NCBI GenBank assembly: GCA_964016885.1
Contig: OZ024741.1
Span: 286,068,001 to 286,132,000, forward strand
Source: Eledone cirrhosa
Taxonomy: Eukaryota
Length of the DNA: 64,000 nucleotides
Direction of reading: 5' to 3'
A model generated the notes under the pieces. That model worked only from the letters and a program-made list of their open reading frames with translations. It did no database searches and had not been told where the DNA came from. Shown here one piece after another: positions 13,480-28,182 of the stretch; within the stretch, counting starts at the first letter, position 1, and the number at the start of each line of letters is the position of its first letter. The translations under genes and the position numbers were made by a program.

Positions 13480-13646
13480 TGAGAAAGAGATATAAGGGAA
13501 GAATCGACCCCACTACTAGACTGGTTCAACCTCAAAAGATAAAAGCCAAATTTGACATCGATCGAATGTGAAGTCAGAGCACGAAGAGTCGAAACAGATA
13601 CTGCAAAACATTCTATCCGAAGTTCTGAATCTACCATTTTGCTACC
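13480..13646 (-). mobile_element. Degenerate SINE (older relative of the main family)
   Basis: Eroded reverse-complement core and head. Confidence 0.55.
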
Positions 13647-14723
13647 TATACTATTTGCATTATAGTGTATTAAACGGATTTTATAGAAACGTGTAACCTT
13701 ATTAAAACTCACTGCAGGAAATACCGTCACTACTGGTAAAAGTCATGATTTTGAATCACAGATATATTTCAAAAGGTTTCTAAGTAGTTTTCAATCACCT
13801 AATTTCATCCAGTTAGCTTGTAAGGGCCTGTAGCTATAGTAGAAGACATATTTCAAAATAGCCATGTTGTGGGATTGAAACTGAAACTTTGTGATTGAGA
13901 GGCAAAATGTTAACCTCTGTATTATTCATGTTGGCTCCGTGTCTGCCCTTACATATATATATATATGTGTGGGGGGGGGGGTATGTGTGTGCATGTGTGT
14001 GCGCGTGTTCGTGTGTGTGAATGTGTGTAATATATGGGATACGGTATATTTGTAAAAATCAGTGGAATTCAAAAAACAGTCTACTGTAATTTGTAAATGA
14101 TTGGAACAATTTATTTTGAAATGAAATATATCTTCAATTTATTTTGGAGTTATCTGATTTTTATAAGGAAATATAAGTAATTATGTGAGGAAAATGTCCT
14201 CAATGATGAATGGGTCATTTATATGCAAGATTATAAGCAAATAGCTCGAATATATTGAAAAATATCTCTATTATTTACATTTCCCAGTACATCAATACAC
14301 ATTTGTGTTTTATGGAATGTCACTTTTAGCGTTATTTGGCCTAACGAGAGAACCGCATCATAGAATACCAGTTCAAGCATTAACAAGACGTCGTTGATTT
14401 ATATATATAGCGTCCAACATAGGATAACATTTGGTTCTGAGGTAATTAAGGAACCAAAAAGTCTACACCTTCAATGTGATAATTTGTTCGATCTTAGTCG
14501 TTGCCTGTTGTATTAAACACATTCCATATCAAATAATTGAGAGACGACCCATTATATCATTCACGATGCTCTTTTCCAAGAACATAAATTTACTTAAGAT
14601 ACTTTAGATGTTGCTGCATGCAAGTTCGATAAAATTTCTTTCCAACGAGGAAAAATATTCGGAGATCTGCTGTCGGAGCATATACAACAACCACATACTC
14701 AATGCACTACTATAGAGAAAGTG

Positions 14724-15010
14724 AAGGCACGTGGTTTAATGGTTTGGGCGTTTGGCCTATCATCATAAAATCGTAAGTTCGATTCTGTGTTGTTGCCTTG
14801 AGCAAGAAACTTTATTTCATGTTACTCCAGTCCATTCAGTTGACAAAAACGAGTATCTGTAATTCAAAGGGTCAGCCTTGTCACAGATTAATCCCTAAGA
14901 TTTATGTTAAAGGTATACATGTCTGTGTAATGATAAGCTACTTATACGTTAGTTTCAAGAGCAGGCAATTATGTTGATAGAATCATCTGGAGCACTAGTT
15001 GTCAAAATTG
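14724..15010 (+). mobile_element. Second tRNA-SINE family (CCTTGAGCAAG..ACTT core); related copies at ~35850-36110(+), 36730-36955(+), 43780-43995(-), 54340-54455(+)
   Basis: A-box-like GTGGTTTAATGG, B-box GTTCGATTC, shared body CTTGAGCAAGACACTTTATTTC. Confidence 0.7.
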
Positions 15011-16726
15011 ACTGAGGTTAAGCATTATAGAGAAAAGTGTTCTGTATTATAGTAACACGTTTTACAAATTAATGACTAGTTTTGCTTCCATACTGACTAA
15101 CAGAGAAGGAAAATGAATGATACACTAAAGTGGGCACAGGTGTCAAGAATACAATAATTAGGAACAACCAACACAAAATAAATACTGATAATTCTGTAAT
15201 AATCCGCTACACTTATCGAAAATCCTAACACGAGTTTCCAATGTATAGGCCAATTTTTCTTCCATTTTTCTATACATAAACATTAAGACCAAGAGCTGAA
15301 GATCTTCATAGGCACTGCTAGATGGTCTGTTAATGAATGTTCCATCGGTAAATCAGTGACAACTTCCCTTGTAATACGCAGGGGACAAAGGAGATGAAAA
15401 TTTCGCTAGAATCCTCAATACTTCTTTCTTGAATCGTGAACTGTTTTCAACCAAACCTTCTCATAAATATTCTCTAAATATTTAGGAATTTAACGGTCTT
15501 CGGGATTGGGAGTAAATTTTGACAGGTATTATTTTTCGATGTGCTACGTAAATATTGGATAACGCACGCGAAGGAACTAAAAAACAACGTTGAATGACAC
15601 CAAAAACTTGAAATATTTCTCTGGCATTTTTCTTGAATTTTTTTCTTTTGTCATCAGATTGACATTATGCTTCGTAGAGCTAAGGTGATAATGAGGCGAT
15701 TCTCTGTAACAGGACTAGCATTAGGGTAATGGTTGCGGTTAGGTTTAGGGAAGTAAATTCCAAAACTTCACATCACCAGTAATTTAGGGAATCAGTGATT
15801 TTTATTGATTTTTACCTGTAAGCACATTTAAGAAAATCGTGTTCTGTTATCTTTATTCGCGTTTCTGATTTCAATTTATGAATATGTTAATAATTGATAT
15901 CTGTACCAATTACAGATAGCAAGGCTGTAATACCTAATGGCGACCACAATTCTAGATATTTAGATAGTACACACATTTCCCAACAACCACCTCTCATCCC
16001 TCTTTTATGGAAGAGAATTAATGCATGAATATATTATTCACCACCACATTACTCTTATTTCTTATGGTCACCTTGATGGAGTCTTCAATTTGAGCATTTT
16101 TTTTAGAATCTTAGATAGAGAAATCTTGGTGGGAAATCCTTACTTTTCCTTGATCGGCGAATTTTTAGCGATCAAACTAGAAAGTTAAATCTGCTAAGGA
16201 TTAGCATTATACCTAACGTTATGTATTTATCATATGAATATTGAAACTAAAATTGTTTTCTCAAGTATGCTGTGTTATATAATCATCCTGACATTGGAGC
16301 TGAATGATATCCATGGATGTGTTGCAGAGATATTCTTTGAGCGTTTAACGACATCATAGACGGAGGAAATTGTTTCTGAGATTCAATATATTTGACAACT
16401 AGCACATATTACTAATGCTGCAAGTGTAACGTAATGTAGATTATTTGATGAACTGGCACGTGACTAAATATAGAGTTTTCCATTTAATTAGGCAACAGAG
16501 CGATAAATGTATAACAAAATTGGGTGACGATATCACACGCGGCAGCCTATATCTGCTTCCATCTCTCTCGGTACAGATTAGCAAATACATAACTATATGT
16601 AAATTGAGGATAAAAGAGAATTTGTCAATGTTTGAGCGGATATATCGTTTTAACTTATAATAAATTGAATAAAATATTGTATTGAGTGAATTTTGTGAAA
16701 GGCGGCTATATTTGGAACATTAATAT

Positions 16727-16748
16727 TATATATATATATGTGTGTGTG

Positions 16749-16789
<41 letters not shown>

Positions 16790-16956
16790 GTATATATGTA
16801 GGTATTTATAAATAGGTATATGAATATATATCAAACACATACGCACACTCAGAGACACAGATATAGATATAGATATATATATATACATGTATATGTGTAC
16901 ATCGAGTGCTCATATTGGTACAGCACCAGCAATTAACTGCATATCTATAATATGTG

Positions 16957-17000
<44 letters not shown>

Positions 17001-17054
17001 CATTATATATTTATATATATATATACATATATATATATGTATATATATATTGTT

Positions 17055-17093
<39 letters not shown>

Positions 17094-17180
17094 TATATAT
17101 ATATATATATATATAATATATATATATATGTATATGTATATATATTTTATATATATATATAGTGCTATGTATATATATAT
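16727..17180. repeat. Compound (TA)n/(TG)n microsatellite block; similar blocks at 549-671, 17694-17790, 22260-22410, 22800-24080, 44510-44810, 48480-49780, 54780-55123
   Basis: Direct reading; explains the YIYI/CVCV ORFs. Confidence 0.95.
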
Positions 17181-17689
17181 GCATATAGGTGGGCGCACAA
17201 TCACATTTATGTATATTGGCTTATAAATTAAATATTAGACTCCTGTGGTAGATATCAAATCATCTACACACTGTATCCAGTAGAACATAACTTCCAAATC
17301 GTCATTTTCTCGATATTCCTTATTTTTATATAACAGTATTCGTAACGTTTAAAGTCAGTATTGCTTGTTTCCTCAACCTACAACCATATGTAACTCGTCT
17401 GCTATTTTATGAAGTTCTTTTTTATTATTTTTAGTATCGCTTTAGATTTACTTTTTTATTAATTTTCTACAGACCCTCTAATATGATAGAAACATAGAAA
17501 GATGAAAGAGTTGGGAAATCGATTATTAGTATTTTATTACAGCTGCTATCATAATTAGGATTCGGCTTTTGAAAATTAAGAGGAGACATAAATTTTTTGT
17601 TCGTTTTCTCCCTAAATATGAATACGCCAGCTTGCAGAAGTAATATGTATTTTGACTTAGAGTATTCGTTATTCAGGGGAAAATGTGAG

Positions 17690-17728
<39 letters not shown>

Positions 17729-17733
17729 CTATG

Positions 17734-17798
<65 letters not shown>

Positions 17799-18419
17799 CG
17801 GCTTCAACAATATTCTCATCTACGCAAAGACAGTTGATTATAAAGTAAAATTTTGACCGCGAATGTTCCAATATTACGTTATTTGTAGAATGTACATAAT
17901 TGTAGTCTTAATTGTAAAATATATATTGTTTCTTCCATATTTAAGTACTTAATAAAAGAGCATCCGATATTAATAACATTGTTATTAATAAGTGAAAGTC
18001 AATAGAAGCTGTTTTGTTGTTTTTCTTTTTTTTTCTTTTGCTTATATTAATTATTTTATATTTTCTGTGAATATTTTGTATATATATGAGGCAGAATTTT
18101 CTACTTAATTATAAATATTGCCTGGAAAAAATTGACTTAATTTTGGCACCTTAAAAATACAAACACACACTCGTAGTTTCAAAGTCTTTGATTTTAACGT
18201 CTATGCTTGCTACATGATTGGATTTGGAAGTATTCAGCCTTTTGCTCATGGTGACACTCTGTGTCAACAGTACCTGTTCTGTACCATTAAATTAGTAAAG
18301 TACACCAGAATTATCTTAAGCTACAAAATACAAATATTACATATCCCATCAATCATATCTAGAATTAATACAAATACTTCCATACTATTACTATTACTCT
18401 TACCTGACATCTTTGAGGT

Positions 18420-19835
18420 GTAATGGCAAATTCATTAGAACGTCGGATATAATGGTTTGCAATATCCGTACAGGCTCTCTGCTTTCTCTGTGTTCAAATC
18501 ACGCCAAGGTCATCTTTGCATCCATTTTGTGGTCGATAAAACAAACTACCTTTTCCATCTCACTCTTTCTCTCTCTCCTTGTCGGAAAGAAATCGGCTAG
18601 ACAGGTGTGGGTTCTACCAGGCTTAATCCACCCAAGATACGTCTGCACGACACCCTACGAAGTTGTGGATGGACACACACACACACACACATGCCTACAT
18701 GCATGCATACATACTTACTTACTTACTTAAAAAGCTAATGTTTAGCCAATGATGTTGAATGCACCAAGAGTGGGAGAGTCCTTATGGTTATATTGTTGGC
18801 CACTGAGTTAAAGATACTATGTCAATATTGCATAGTCCAGTAATTCCTGGCGGTTCGTAAGTGTGCTGTATTGATATACAGCGTTTCTATGGCATTTTCT
18901 TAAAAGCTGGTGGAGCCCTTCTCTCCAGATCTGAATACAGAAATTTTCTTCCAGAGAAGGAGAGAGAGAGGGAGAGGGAGAGAGAGAAGAGATGTAGAGG
19001 AAGAATCTGCCCCAGTACTAGACTGGTGCTTTTGTTTCGCCCTTGAAAGAATGAAAAGCAAAGTTGACTTAGGTAGGATTTGAACCCTGAGATTAGAGAG
19101 CCGAAACGAATACCGCAAATCATTCTATCCGACATTCTAACCACTCACCCAATTTGTCGCCTGCTATATCAATATTATCAGGGCATTGCTTGGGTGGTGC
19201 TTTCTTTGGCGGAATCGTTTGAGCATCGGACAAATGCTTGTGGTTTTTATCAGGCTTTCCAATTTCTGACTTGAAATCCCGCCGATGTCAACTTTACTTT
19301 TCATGCTTTCAGAATAAATAAAATAAAGTACCAGTCATATACTGAAATCAATTGAATTGATTCCCTCTCGATCAAATCCTTACTCTTCTGCTTGAATTAT
19401 AAATATTAAGAGCCATTTATTGATTGAATCGTGAGAGCGTCTTTAAAATGTTTAGCAGTATTTATATGGGTGTCTTATTTCTGAGTTCAAATACCATCGA
19501 TGTTAACTTTGACATTCGGACTTCCGAGGTCGGTAAAATAAAACACCAGTCTGGCGCTGGAGGTCTATTTAATCCGCTTTGTCCCACCGCCAAAATTATT
19601 GGCTTTGTGCCTAAATCAGAGACTATTATTATCAGGACACTCGTGGCATTGGCAGAATCGTTAGAGTGTTCGACGGGATGATTTACGTTCTTAGTTCAAA
19701 TCCTGCCGAGGTTAACTTTGCCTTTCATCTTTAGGGGGTCGATAAAATAAAGTGCCAGTAACACACTGGAGTTTATTTAATTGACTTTCCCCTCCCCATA
19801 AAATTGTTGGGTTTGTGCCTAAATCAGAAACTATT
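18420..19835. mobile_element. Cluster of about five degenerate main-family SINEs (18420-18550+, 19000-19160-, 19190-19400+, 19420-19630+, 19640-19835+)
   Basis: Repeated GTTCAAAT..GAGGT.AACTTTG..GTCGATAAAATAAA motif. Confidence 0.75.
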
Positions 19836-21107
19836 TATATCATGATACTCAATAAAAAACCTTGCTGCTCTACCTAAGTGAAATAAATAATGAGAATACC
19901 GAACGACTTCGCATATCACGATCACCATACGAGAAATATTTCCTGATTGATTATTCGGAATAGACAGAAGATATTAATTGTTGTCAATTTGTTTGACTGT
20001 ATTTCGGTTTATTCACATTTTACGTTTTCTGAGACAAAATTGTGGTCAATTTTATAAGAGTAGAACTGTTTATAATAATTGGTATAATTAAAATAATTAT
20101 CTTTTAATTAGTAAATAAAGAGATCATAAATTATATGCGCTGTATTGCTGATGTTAGTTTCAACATTTTATGTGTTTTGGAGATAATTTTCGAGAAATAA
20201 ATCATGAATTGTCGAAGAAATATCGTCGCTACCAAATGACCGACGGGCTTGATAATTTCATTTCTATCATTAGTGCGGTATTGTTCACTTAAATGGTTTT
20301 AGCTGCTATGTTCAGCTAAAATTCTGAATATAATTAATGAGTTTTTTTTAAAATAAATTTTGAAATCAAATCCAAGCAAAACAGCTCTGCAAAAAGATAA
20401 CTTAAATCCGAATTTTTTCTAGTAGATTGATGATGAAGTAATGTATGCAAATATGCACGTTAGATTTGGCATTGAATATCATAAAATACAAAATCGGTTA
20501 AGAATTTGTTCATTGATTTCTAGATAAAATTAACGGACATATACCAACATCTGGTACAGGGAGGCTGAAACTTTTTCTAGCAGTGGGCCGCATAGGGTAG
20601 AGCTTATTATAAGACAGGCTGCACGATTAAAGAATTGAAGCCTATTTTCCATTGGCCGTGCAATTGAGAAGGCCAATCAGTCTGCATGCCAACCACTATA
20701 TTATTTAGTTCCATATTTTCTTAAGTTAAGAACTAAGTCGAACGTCCGTACAAGGTAATATCTTGAGCACGCTTGATCTGTTAGAAATAGTAACCAAATT
20801 TCCCTGTATCTACCTTATTTACTTACAACATTGAAAATACTTACAATAGCATCCTACAGACAAATAGGTCCTAAAAATTAATAGGATGGTTACAGCTTGA
20901 ATATCTTTAGTCTCAGATCTCCTATATCATACATGCTGTTGGGACAATCATACGTACATGCCTAAAAACGTACAGCATACATACATACATACATACACAC
21001 ATACATACATACATACATACATACATACATACATACATACATACATACATACATACATACATACATACATACATACATACATACATACATACATACATTA
21101 CATACAT

Positions 21108-21540
21108 GATGGCAGCAACTCGATTTCGAATGACGCCATCGTTTGATCATGATAGTGGCTTTTAGTCCTGCTAAGGACTTGCCTAAGGGCAGCAATGACA
21201 CATCGCAAAGAATGTCACATATCAAGCGATGCCTGTGCTTGAAGGTTTTTTTAAGTGAGGAAAGACTTTCTACGGGGCCAGTCTCATTCTCTAAACATCG
21301 AATGCATTTGCCCAAACAGTAGAACTGGTCACATCATTAGATGCATACGAAGTCGCAAGTTTTATATCAGAATACCCTTCTAGAGAGATGTCTTAATGAA
21401 GACTGGGAGTCTCGCGCTCCACAAAAAAAGGAAAAGAAAGAATATTGTATTGGATGGCCGTTAAAACTCCTGAGTTCCTCCGCCCTTTGACGGGTTTTGT
21501 TTTTCTTCCCGCAGGGTGTCCAAAAGCACCCTCCTCACAA
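21108..21540 (-). mobile_element. RTE-derived non-autonomous element, copy 1 (5' truncated), with (ATGT)n tail at 20976-21107
   Basis: Homologous to 52372-52978 and 56243-56850; terminal TGGC..TCGA..CGAG..GCCA stem-loop. Confidence 0.65.
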
Positions 21541-21785
21541 AGCACACAGACGCGTCCGAGCCATGTGAGATGTAAGCGAGAAAAGGATTTCACACAGGTC
21601 AGGCGGGAGGAAGTGAGTGAAGGGGAGTAGCAGAGAGTGAGTGAGTGAGTGAAAGTGTGAGGAAGAGGCCAGCTGAGAGAGAGTGACTGGCAGAGGGGGG
21701 TCAAATGAAGCTGAGATATACAGGGTAAGAGAAAGAGTATAGCAGTAAGAAAGAAACAGACTGGTTACAGCGGAGGGAAAAATGT

Positions 21786-21861
21786 AAATGAAAAATGGCG
21801 TGCTGCGTTGTTGCAAATGATGTATCCCATTTGCAACAACGGAGCACACCATTTTTCATTT
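21786..21861. repeat. ~34-bp-arm hairpin next to (TA)n
   Basis: AAATGAAAAATGGCGTGCTGCGTTGTTGCAAATG and its near reverse complement, 8-nt loop. Confidence 0.85.
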
Positions 21862-21967
21862 CATATATATATATAGTAATAATAATAAATTTGAAGACTA
21901 AAATCCAAATAGGGCTCGATAAGGATAAATATATATCAAATATATAAGAACCGTAGAGCAAATATTT

Positions 21968-22248
21968 ATTAAATTAACAGATTAAAGTTTAAGCAAAGAA
22001 TCGGTGCTTTCACACTTAACGGGATCTTCTGAAACTAACAACGTCAATCTGTGAACGCAGAAGTAAATATTACAACCGGGGGAAGACAGGACACGATACC
22101 AAAGTATCGCCTTCCTGTCTTCCTCCGGTTGAAACTTTTTTTGAAATATTTACTTCTGCGTTCACATATTGACTTTGTTAGTTTCAGAAGATCCCGTTAA
22201 GGGTGAAAGCAGCGATTCTTTGCTTAAACTTTAATCTGTTATTTTAAT
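21968..22248. repeat. ~280-bp imperfect palindrome, probably a PLE pLTR fold-back
   Basis: Arms are reverse complements around CGATAC-CAAA-GTATCG; part of the arm recurs at 28375-28415 at the head of a PLE. Confidence 0.85.
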
Positions 22249-22257
22249 TAAAAAAAT

Positions 22258-22312
<55 letters not shown>

Positions 22313-22366
22313 GTGTGTGTGTATATATATATGTATATATATATATACACACACACTCACACAGTT

Positions 22367-22416
<50 letters not shown>

Positions 22417-22907
22417 AACTCTCCAACTCTTGAAGTTCGTTTAGAAAAAAACACTTTCCAAAGTAGCTGACTGATTACACAACTGCTTTCCCTCAGTCTA
22501 ATTCTTCCCCATCGCCGAGGTAAACTTTGCCTTTCATCCTTACGGGGTCGATAAAATAGAGTACCAGTAATACACTGAGTATTTGCTGGCCTTGTGCCAA
22601 AAGAAGAAACAATTATAGTCTTTTCTTGCTGTTTTCTATCTTCACATTACGTCCTCTTTTTCTTTCACCATCTATCTCCCGGTGATCAACTAGCCGCCGA
22701 AACTATAAGACTCATATCTAACGTTGAAATAATATAAATCATTGTTATATTGTCCTGATATGTTTCTCTTTGTTAACTCTTCGCAGATACACACTTGCAT
22801 ACATACGTAAGTACATACACGCATATATACATACATACATATATACATACATTCTTATATACATGCATATATGCATACATACATATGTATATGTATATAC
22901 ACACACA

Positions 22908-22958
<51 letters not shown>

Positions 22959-23360
22959 GCTTACAAATATACAAATATAACACATACAAGTATACTTGTA
23001 TGTGTTACTTTATACTTTTATGTGTTATATTTGTATATTTGTAAGCGTTTCGGTGCGTATTTGTGGTTTTTGTGGAACAAGTAAAAGAAATCAAAATGTA
23101 AATGTGTGTGTGCGGATATATATGTGAGTGTGTTTGAGGGTGTGTGTGTGTGTTTAAGTGTGTGTGTATCTGAGGGTATACTAATACTACTGTAGGTTTA
23201 TTGATGATTAGTCAACAAAGTTATAGATATGCCTATGCTTGTAATGTTTTCCAAAGCATGATCAGCACGCCCGTGGTAAGCACTTTATTTTTCATAATAC
23301 AAACTATGATGAAACAGGAATTCAACATGTCCAAAAAAATAAAAGCCTCCTATTCCCACA

Positions 23361-23439
<79 letters not shown>

Positions 23440-23704
23440 TATGTGTGTGTGTGTGTGTGTGTATGTATATATGTGTATGTGTGTGTGTATATGTGTGTAT
23501 GTGTATGTGTGTGTGTCTACATTAAATGCCTAATACGACACGCTTTGAACATTTCTGTTTTTTGTTAGAATCAAAAGGATAGAAATATATTTATGTTAGA
23601 TAGTCAGCGGTAAACGTCCATAAAGGAACTTAGCTTCCTTAAATATTGAGTATTATATTTGATTTGTGAAAACCTTTTTGTATTCTTTGAACACATTAAT
23701 ACAA

Positions 23705-23760
<56 letters not shown>

Positions 23761-23988
23761 CTGTGTGTGTGTGTGTGTGCGTATGTCTGTGTGTGGTTGT
23801 GTGTGTGTTTGTGTGTGTGTGTGTTTAAGTATGCAGGTACATATGTATACATGCATATATATAAATATACATGTATAGATATGTATAGATATATATATAG
23901 AGAGAGAGATAGATAGATCGATATTTATATGTGTATGTGTACACACACACAGACACACACACATATATATATATATATACATATATAC

Positions 23989-24026
<38 letters not shown>

Positions 24027-24040
24027 ATAATGTGTTTGTA

Positions 24041-24083
<43 letters not shown>

Positions 24084-24588
24084 CTTACGTGTACTTATAG
24101 TTACTAGCGTTTCGTATATATAATTGTTTCTACTTTTGGCACAAGGCCAGCAATTATCCCAGAGCATTACAGGTACTTTATTTTATCGACCCCGTAAGGA
24201 TGAAAAGCAAAGTTAATGATAATTGTGAAGACCAGAGGTAGATATTCATAATTACTTTTATTTACAATCTGCCGTAATACATATTTCAGTGGCTTTGATG
24301 ATTCCGCAATGCAGTCATCACGCAACCACAAACACGACTTCAAGTAATAAGATTGTGATTTAACATTCATATTTCAATGTTGGCTATAGATAAGGAGAAG
24401 GGTGAATACGAAGTTTATTCTTCCGACGTCTGTCCCCTTAAACCTAACCAGAGATTTTAGGATGAGATTGTGGAGTTACGGTGTGTACCTCTACCCTCTT
24501 GCCCATTCGAAAGCATCTTGCTGATTTTAGTTTTAATGCTTAACCTTTAAGCCTTTCGCGTTCCTAACATTATTACTACATAAAGGGG

Positions 24589-24773
24589 GGCGGAGAATTG
24601 GCAGTATCGGTAGAGGGTCGGACGCCATGCTTTCCAGCATAGTTACGACCCATCATAGTCTAAGTTCAAATCCCGTCGAGGTTAACTTTGCCTTTCATCC
24701 TAACGGGGTCGATAAAATAAAGTACCAGTAATACACTGAGGTAATTGCTGGCCTTGTGCCAAAATTAGAAACA
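24589..24773 (+). mobile_element. Full-length main-family SINE with 14-bp TSD
   Basis: A box TGGCAGTATCGG, B box GTTCAAATCC; TSD ATTATTACTACATA at 24569-24582 and 24774-24787. Confidence 0.9.
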
Positions 24774-25278
24774 ATTATTACTACATACTATCTGCTCTTC
24801 TGCAATTCAACACAGCATTCTTAATCCCTCCCAATATTCCTCATTCCCTTACTTTCTCTTACATATCTAATCACCGCTAAATGATCTCTCAGCCTCATCC
24901 TAAACTAAATACTTTAACCTACCGCCTACAACACAGGTGGAGCCTCTAGCATCCTTCCGTGAATGATACCATAACAGATGCCTCAGCAGAATATCAAAAC
25001 TATGGATGTCACCACTGTAAAAGAACACATGAAATATTAATTATATTGTATAGAGTAAGAGTTTGAGTTATATTTTGCTTTCCACTCACATGGAATCTAG
25101 CTTTTAATGGAAATCGATTTAATCGATTATGGCTCTAATATTGAAAGATTGACGGCTGTCTCCTGCCAGATAGATTACATGAAAGCGATTCCTTCAGACG
25201 CCAACCGAGAATATGTTATCACACTATGATTTTTCCTCTTACATATTCACAAATATGCGCCTGAACGCATATACACAA

Positions 25279-25365
<87 letters not shown>

Positions 25366-25600
25366 AACATATATACAAGCATATTTACAATTACTTATAT
25401 ATGTGTTTGTGCCTGTGAGTTCATTTCTAGGTGCTGTCATGGCTGGGTTACGAATTTGTTTTACAACTAAATGGTTTCGGGTCCAGTTCTTCTGCATGGC
25501 ACCTTGAGGAAATCTCTCCTACCATAACCATGTGAATGAAAATTAGCACATGGAAACTCTGCAGGAGGCCACCCCCAAACCCGATAACGACATACCTCTC

Positions 25601-25644
<44 letters not shown>

Positions 25645-25706
25645 ATATATGATAAAGTTATATCTGTATAACTGCAGATATAAATATTTCTTATTATATG
25701 TATGTA

Positions 25707-25758
<52 letters not shown>

Positions 25759-25885
25759 TACATACATATAATAAGAAATATTTACATCTACATATATATA
25801 TATATATATATATATATGTTCTGGACTCCAGAAATAGCCGCCGAAACGGCTTGAGCTCTGCCGTCGGGGCCTTCAACATTTTCCC

Positions 25886-25967
<82 letters not shown>

Positions 25968-26164
25968 GTATGCGCGTAAACATAATCCCGGGGAGTTAGT
26001 GCAGTTGATTTGAGAAGTATTATGTTTCATTCGCCCTGTATTAGTGATATAGGAAATACAACAAAAATATAACATAACTCAATGCTAAAGATACAAAACA
26101 TGTACTCTGATGTATTGTGTGAACAAAAGTAACATTTCATAAAAAATACATTACATTCACTAAC

Positions 26165-26209
<45 letters not shown>

Positions 26210-26561
26210 GAATAGACTGAACAAACTAATCAATAAGGAAAGTGAGGTGTCCTTGGTTATTTCTAGAATTTTTCTTTCATCAGACTGATTGAAATTGATA
26301 TAACATTTGGAAGTTATTTTTAGAATATTAGATGTTAAAAAATAGAATTCATCAAGCAATGACAGGATCAGACGTGTTGCTATGACGGAGTTTATCATCT
26401 AATGTAACATTACAACACTCTCTCTGACAGTTACCAGATAAACTTAGTACACATATGTATTCATGAGGGTGTATATTAAATACACTGTTTATATACGCCT
26501 AACCTTCAAATTACTGTAATATGACAAAACAAAAAAACTTCTGTATTCTTGAGTGATCATA

Positions 26562-26608
<47 letters not shown>

Positions 26609-26837
26609 GAAATAAAGCTCGTATTTTACAAAAACAATATAAAAAATTATAAAAATAGGTGGAGATGTTAAATACAGCTCAAAATAGAGGAATTTATTTT
26701 AATAAGCAATGCAAAAGGCTATGTAAGAATTTTCCAAAAAGGCATGTATACAAAATCCTATTGTGCTAAAGATAACAATTACACTAGAAGCACATTATTC
26801 GTTAAAATAGACACCAAATACATTAATACATTAAATG

Positions 26838-26884
26838 CTGATTTACGAACGTTTCATCCCCTTCCTGAGACTTTTCAAAACCAG
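26838..26884 (-). ncRNA. Minimal type-I hammerhead ribozyme, U3-A8 variant
   Basis: Minus strand: CTGGTT-TTGAAAA-GTCTC(AGGAAG)GGGAT-GAAA-CGTTCG-TA-AATCAG; 6-bp stem I and 5-bp stem II. Confidence 0.7.
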
Positions 26885-26964
26885 TTATTTAATAATAAAT
26901 CCTCGTTATAATCTCACCAAAGCAATCGACAACCAGCAACCAAAGAAATTGTTTAGATGTGTGC

Positions 26965-27066
<102 letters not shown>

Positions 27067-27172
27067 GCACACATCTAAACAATTTCTTTGGTTGCTGGTT
27101 AAATATATAAATAAATATATAAATAAATATATATATATATATAAATAAATATATAAATAAATAATAATTTTT

Positions 27173-27368
27173 TATTCACATGACCTCTACCGACCAATCA
27201 AAATTGTTTTGACCACAAGAATTTTTGCTGGACCCACTTTTTTAACATAAAAACAGTTTTGGCGCAAAATCAATTTTTTACATTCACATGACCTCTACCG
27301 ACCAATCAAAATTGTTTTGACCACAAGAATTTTTGCAAATTGGAGCCACTTTTTTAACATAAAAACAG
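27173..27368. repeat. Direct tandem duplication, unit ~110 bp, containing CCAATCA
   Basis: ATTCACATGACCTCTACCGACCAATCAAAATTGTTTTGACCACAAGAATTTTTGC occurs twice. Confidence 0.9.
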
Positions 27369-27785
27369 GTAGAATTCCCAAAACTAATCAGATCAGAGCA
27401 AACAGCACGGACACTCTATCTCAAAATTATTTTTGAAAAGCATTTAGAAATGCGCAATCGGTAAAAACTTAAAAACTTAAAACTACAACTGAATGCTAAC
27501 CCATACAATCACTAATACTCTTTTATTCCTAATTAAACCATTTTTCAACAATATATATATATAAAAGTAAAAGTAATATATATGAGTAATATATATGATG
27601 AAACAGATACCAACACATCTGTATTTATATTGCAAAAGAAAATTAATTATTTTACCACAGTTCGTCCACATCGATTTAAAATAATAAATCGACAAAAACT
27701 AGCTGCGCTGCCAAATGGCTATGATGTTTATACATATTTAAATTTCAAAATCAAACCTGTTCCGTAGATAAGTTTAAACCTTAAA

Positions 27786-27856
27786 ATCCAAACATGTTTC
27801 GAGATGAATAAGTGTATAAGTGTAGGAATATCATGCCACTGCTCTCCTCAGTAAAC
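27786..27856 (-). ncRNA. Minimal type-I hammerhead motif with long stem II
   Basis: Minus strand: GTTTA-CTGAGGA-GAG...CTC-GAAA-CATG-TT-TGGAT; stem I is wobble-rich. Confidence 0.55.
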
Positions 27857-28182
27857 ATCCAGAGACAATTGATAAGCTTCACTTCTAAATAATTTAAAAG
27901 ACTGTGTGACGCACATGGGTTCACAGATTCAAGCTAGTCTCATAACCGTACTGCTAGAAATAACAGTCGTATATATGAGGCGAATTTCAGCTCAACCAGG
28001 AGCAGTTATATTAAGTGTAATGAATTCTTTTACAATGGAATTAGCTCATTTTCTTTTGCAATATTAATACAGATGTGTTGGTATCTGTTTCATCATATAT
28101 ATTACTCATATATATTACTTTTATACACGGCTCAGGAATATTTCCTTTTGAGCTAATTCCATTGTAAAAGAATTCATTACAC

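Noticed and set aside
14300-16450. Stretches that may be old DNA-transposon coding debris
   Set aside because: No motif I could assign
24589-24680. tRNA-like A and B boxes
   Set aside because: SINE heads; no cloverleaf, and they continue into the SINE body
25835-25875. GC-rich hairpin between TA runs
   Set aside because: No hammerhead core order on either strand; single occurrence
27173-27368. Repeat-spacer-like pattern (CRISPR)
   Set aside because: A two-unit tandem duplication in eukaryotic DNA with no cas genes
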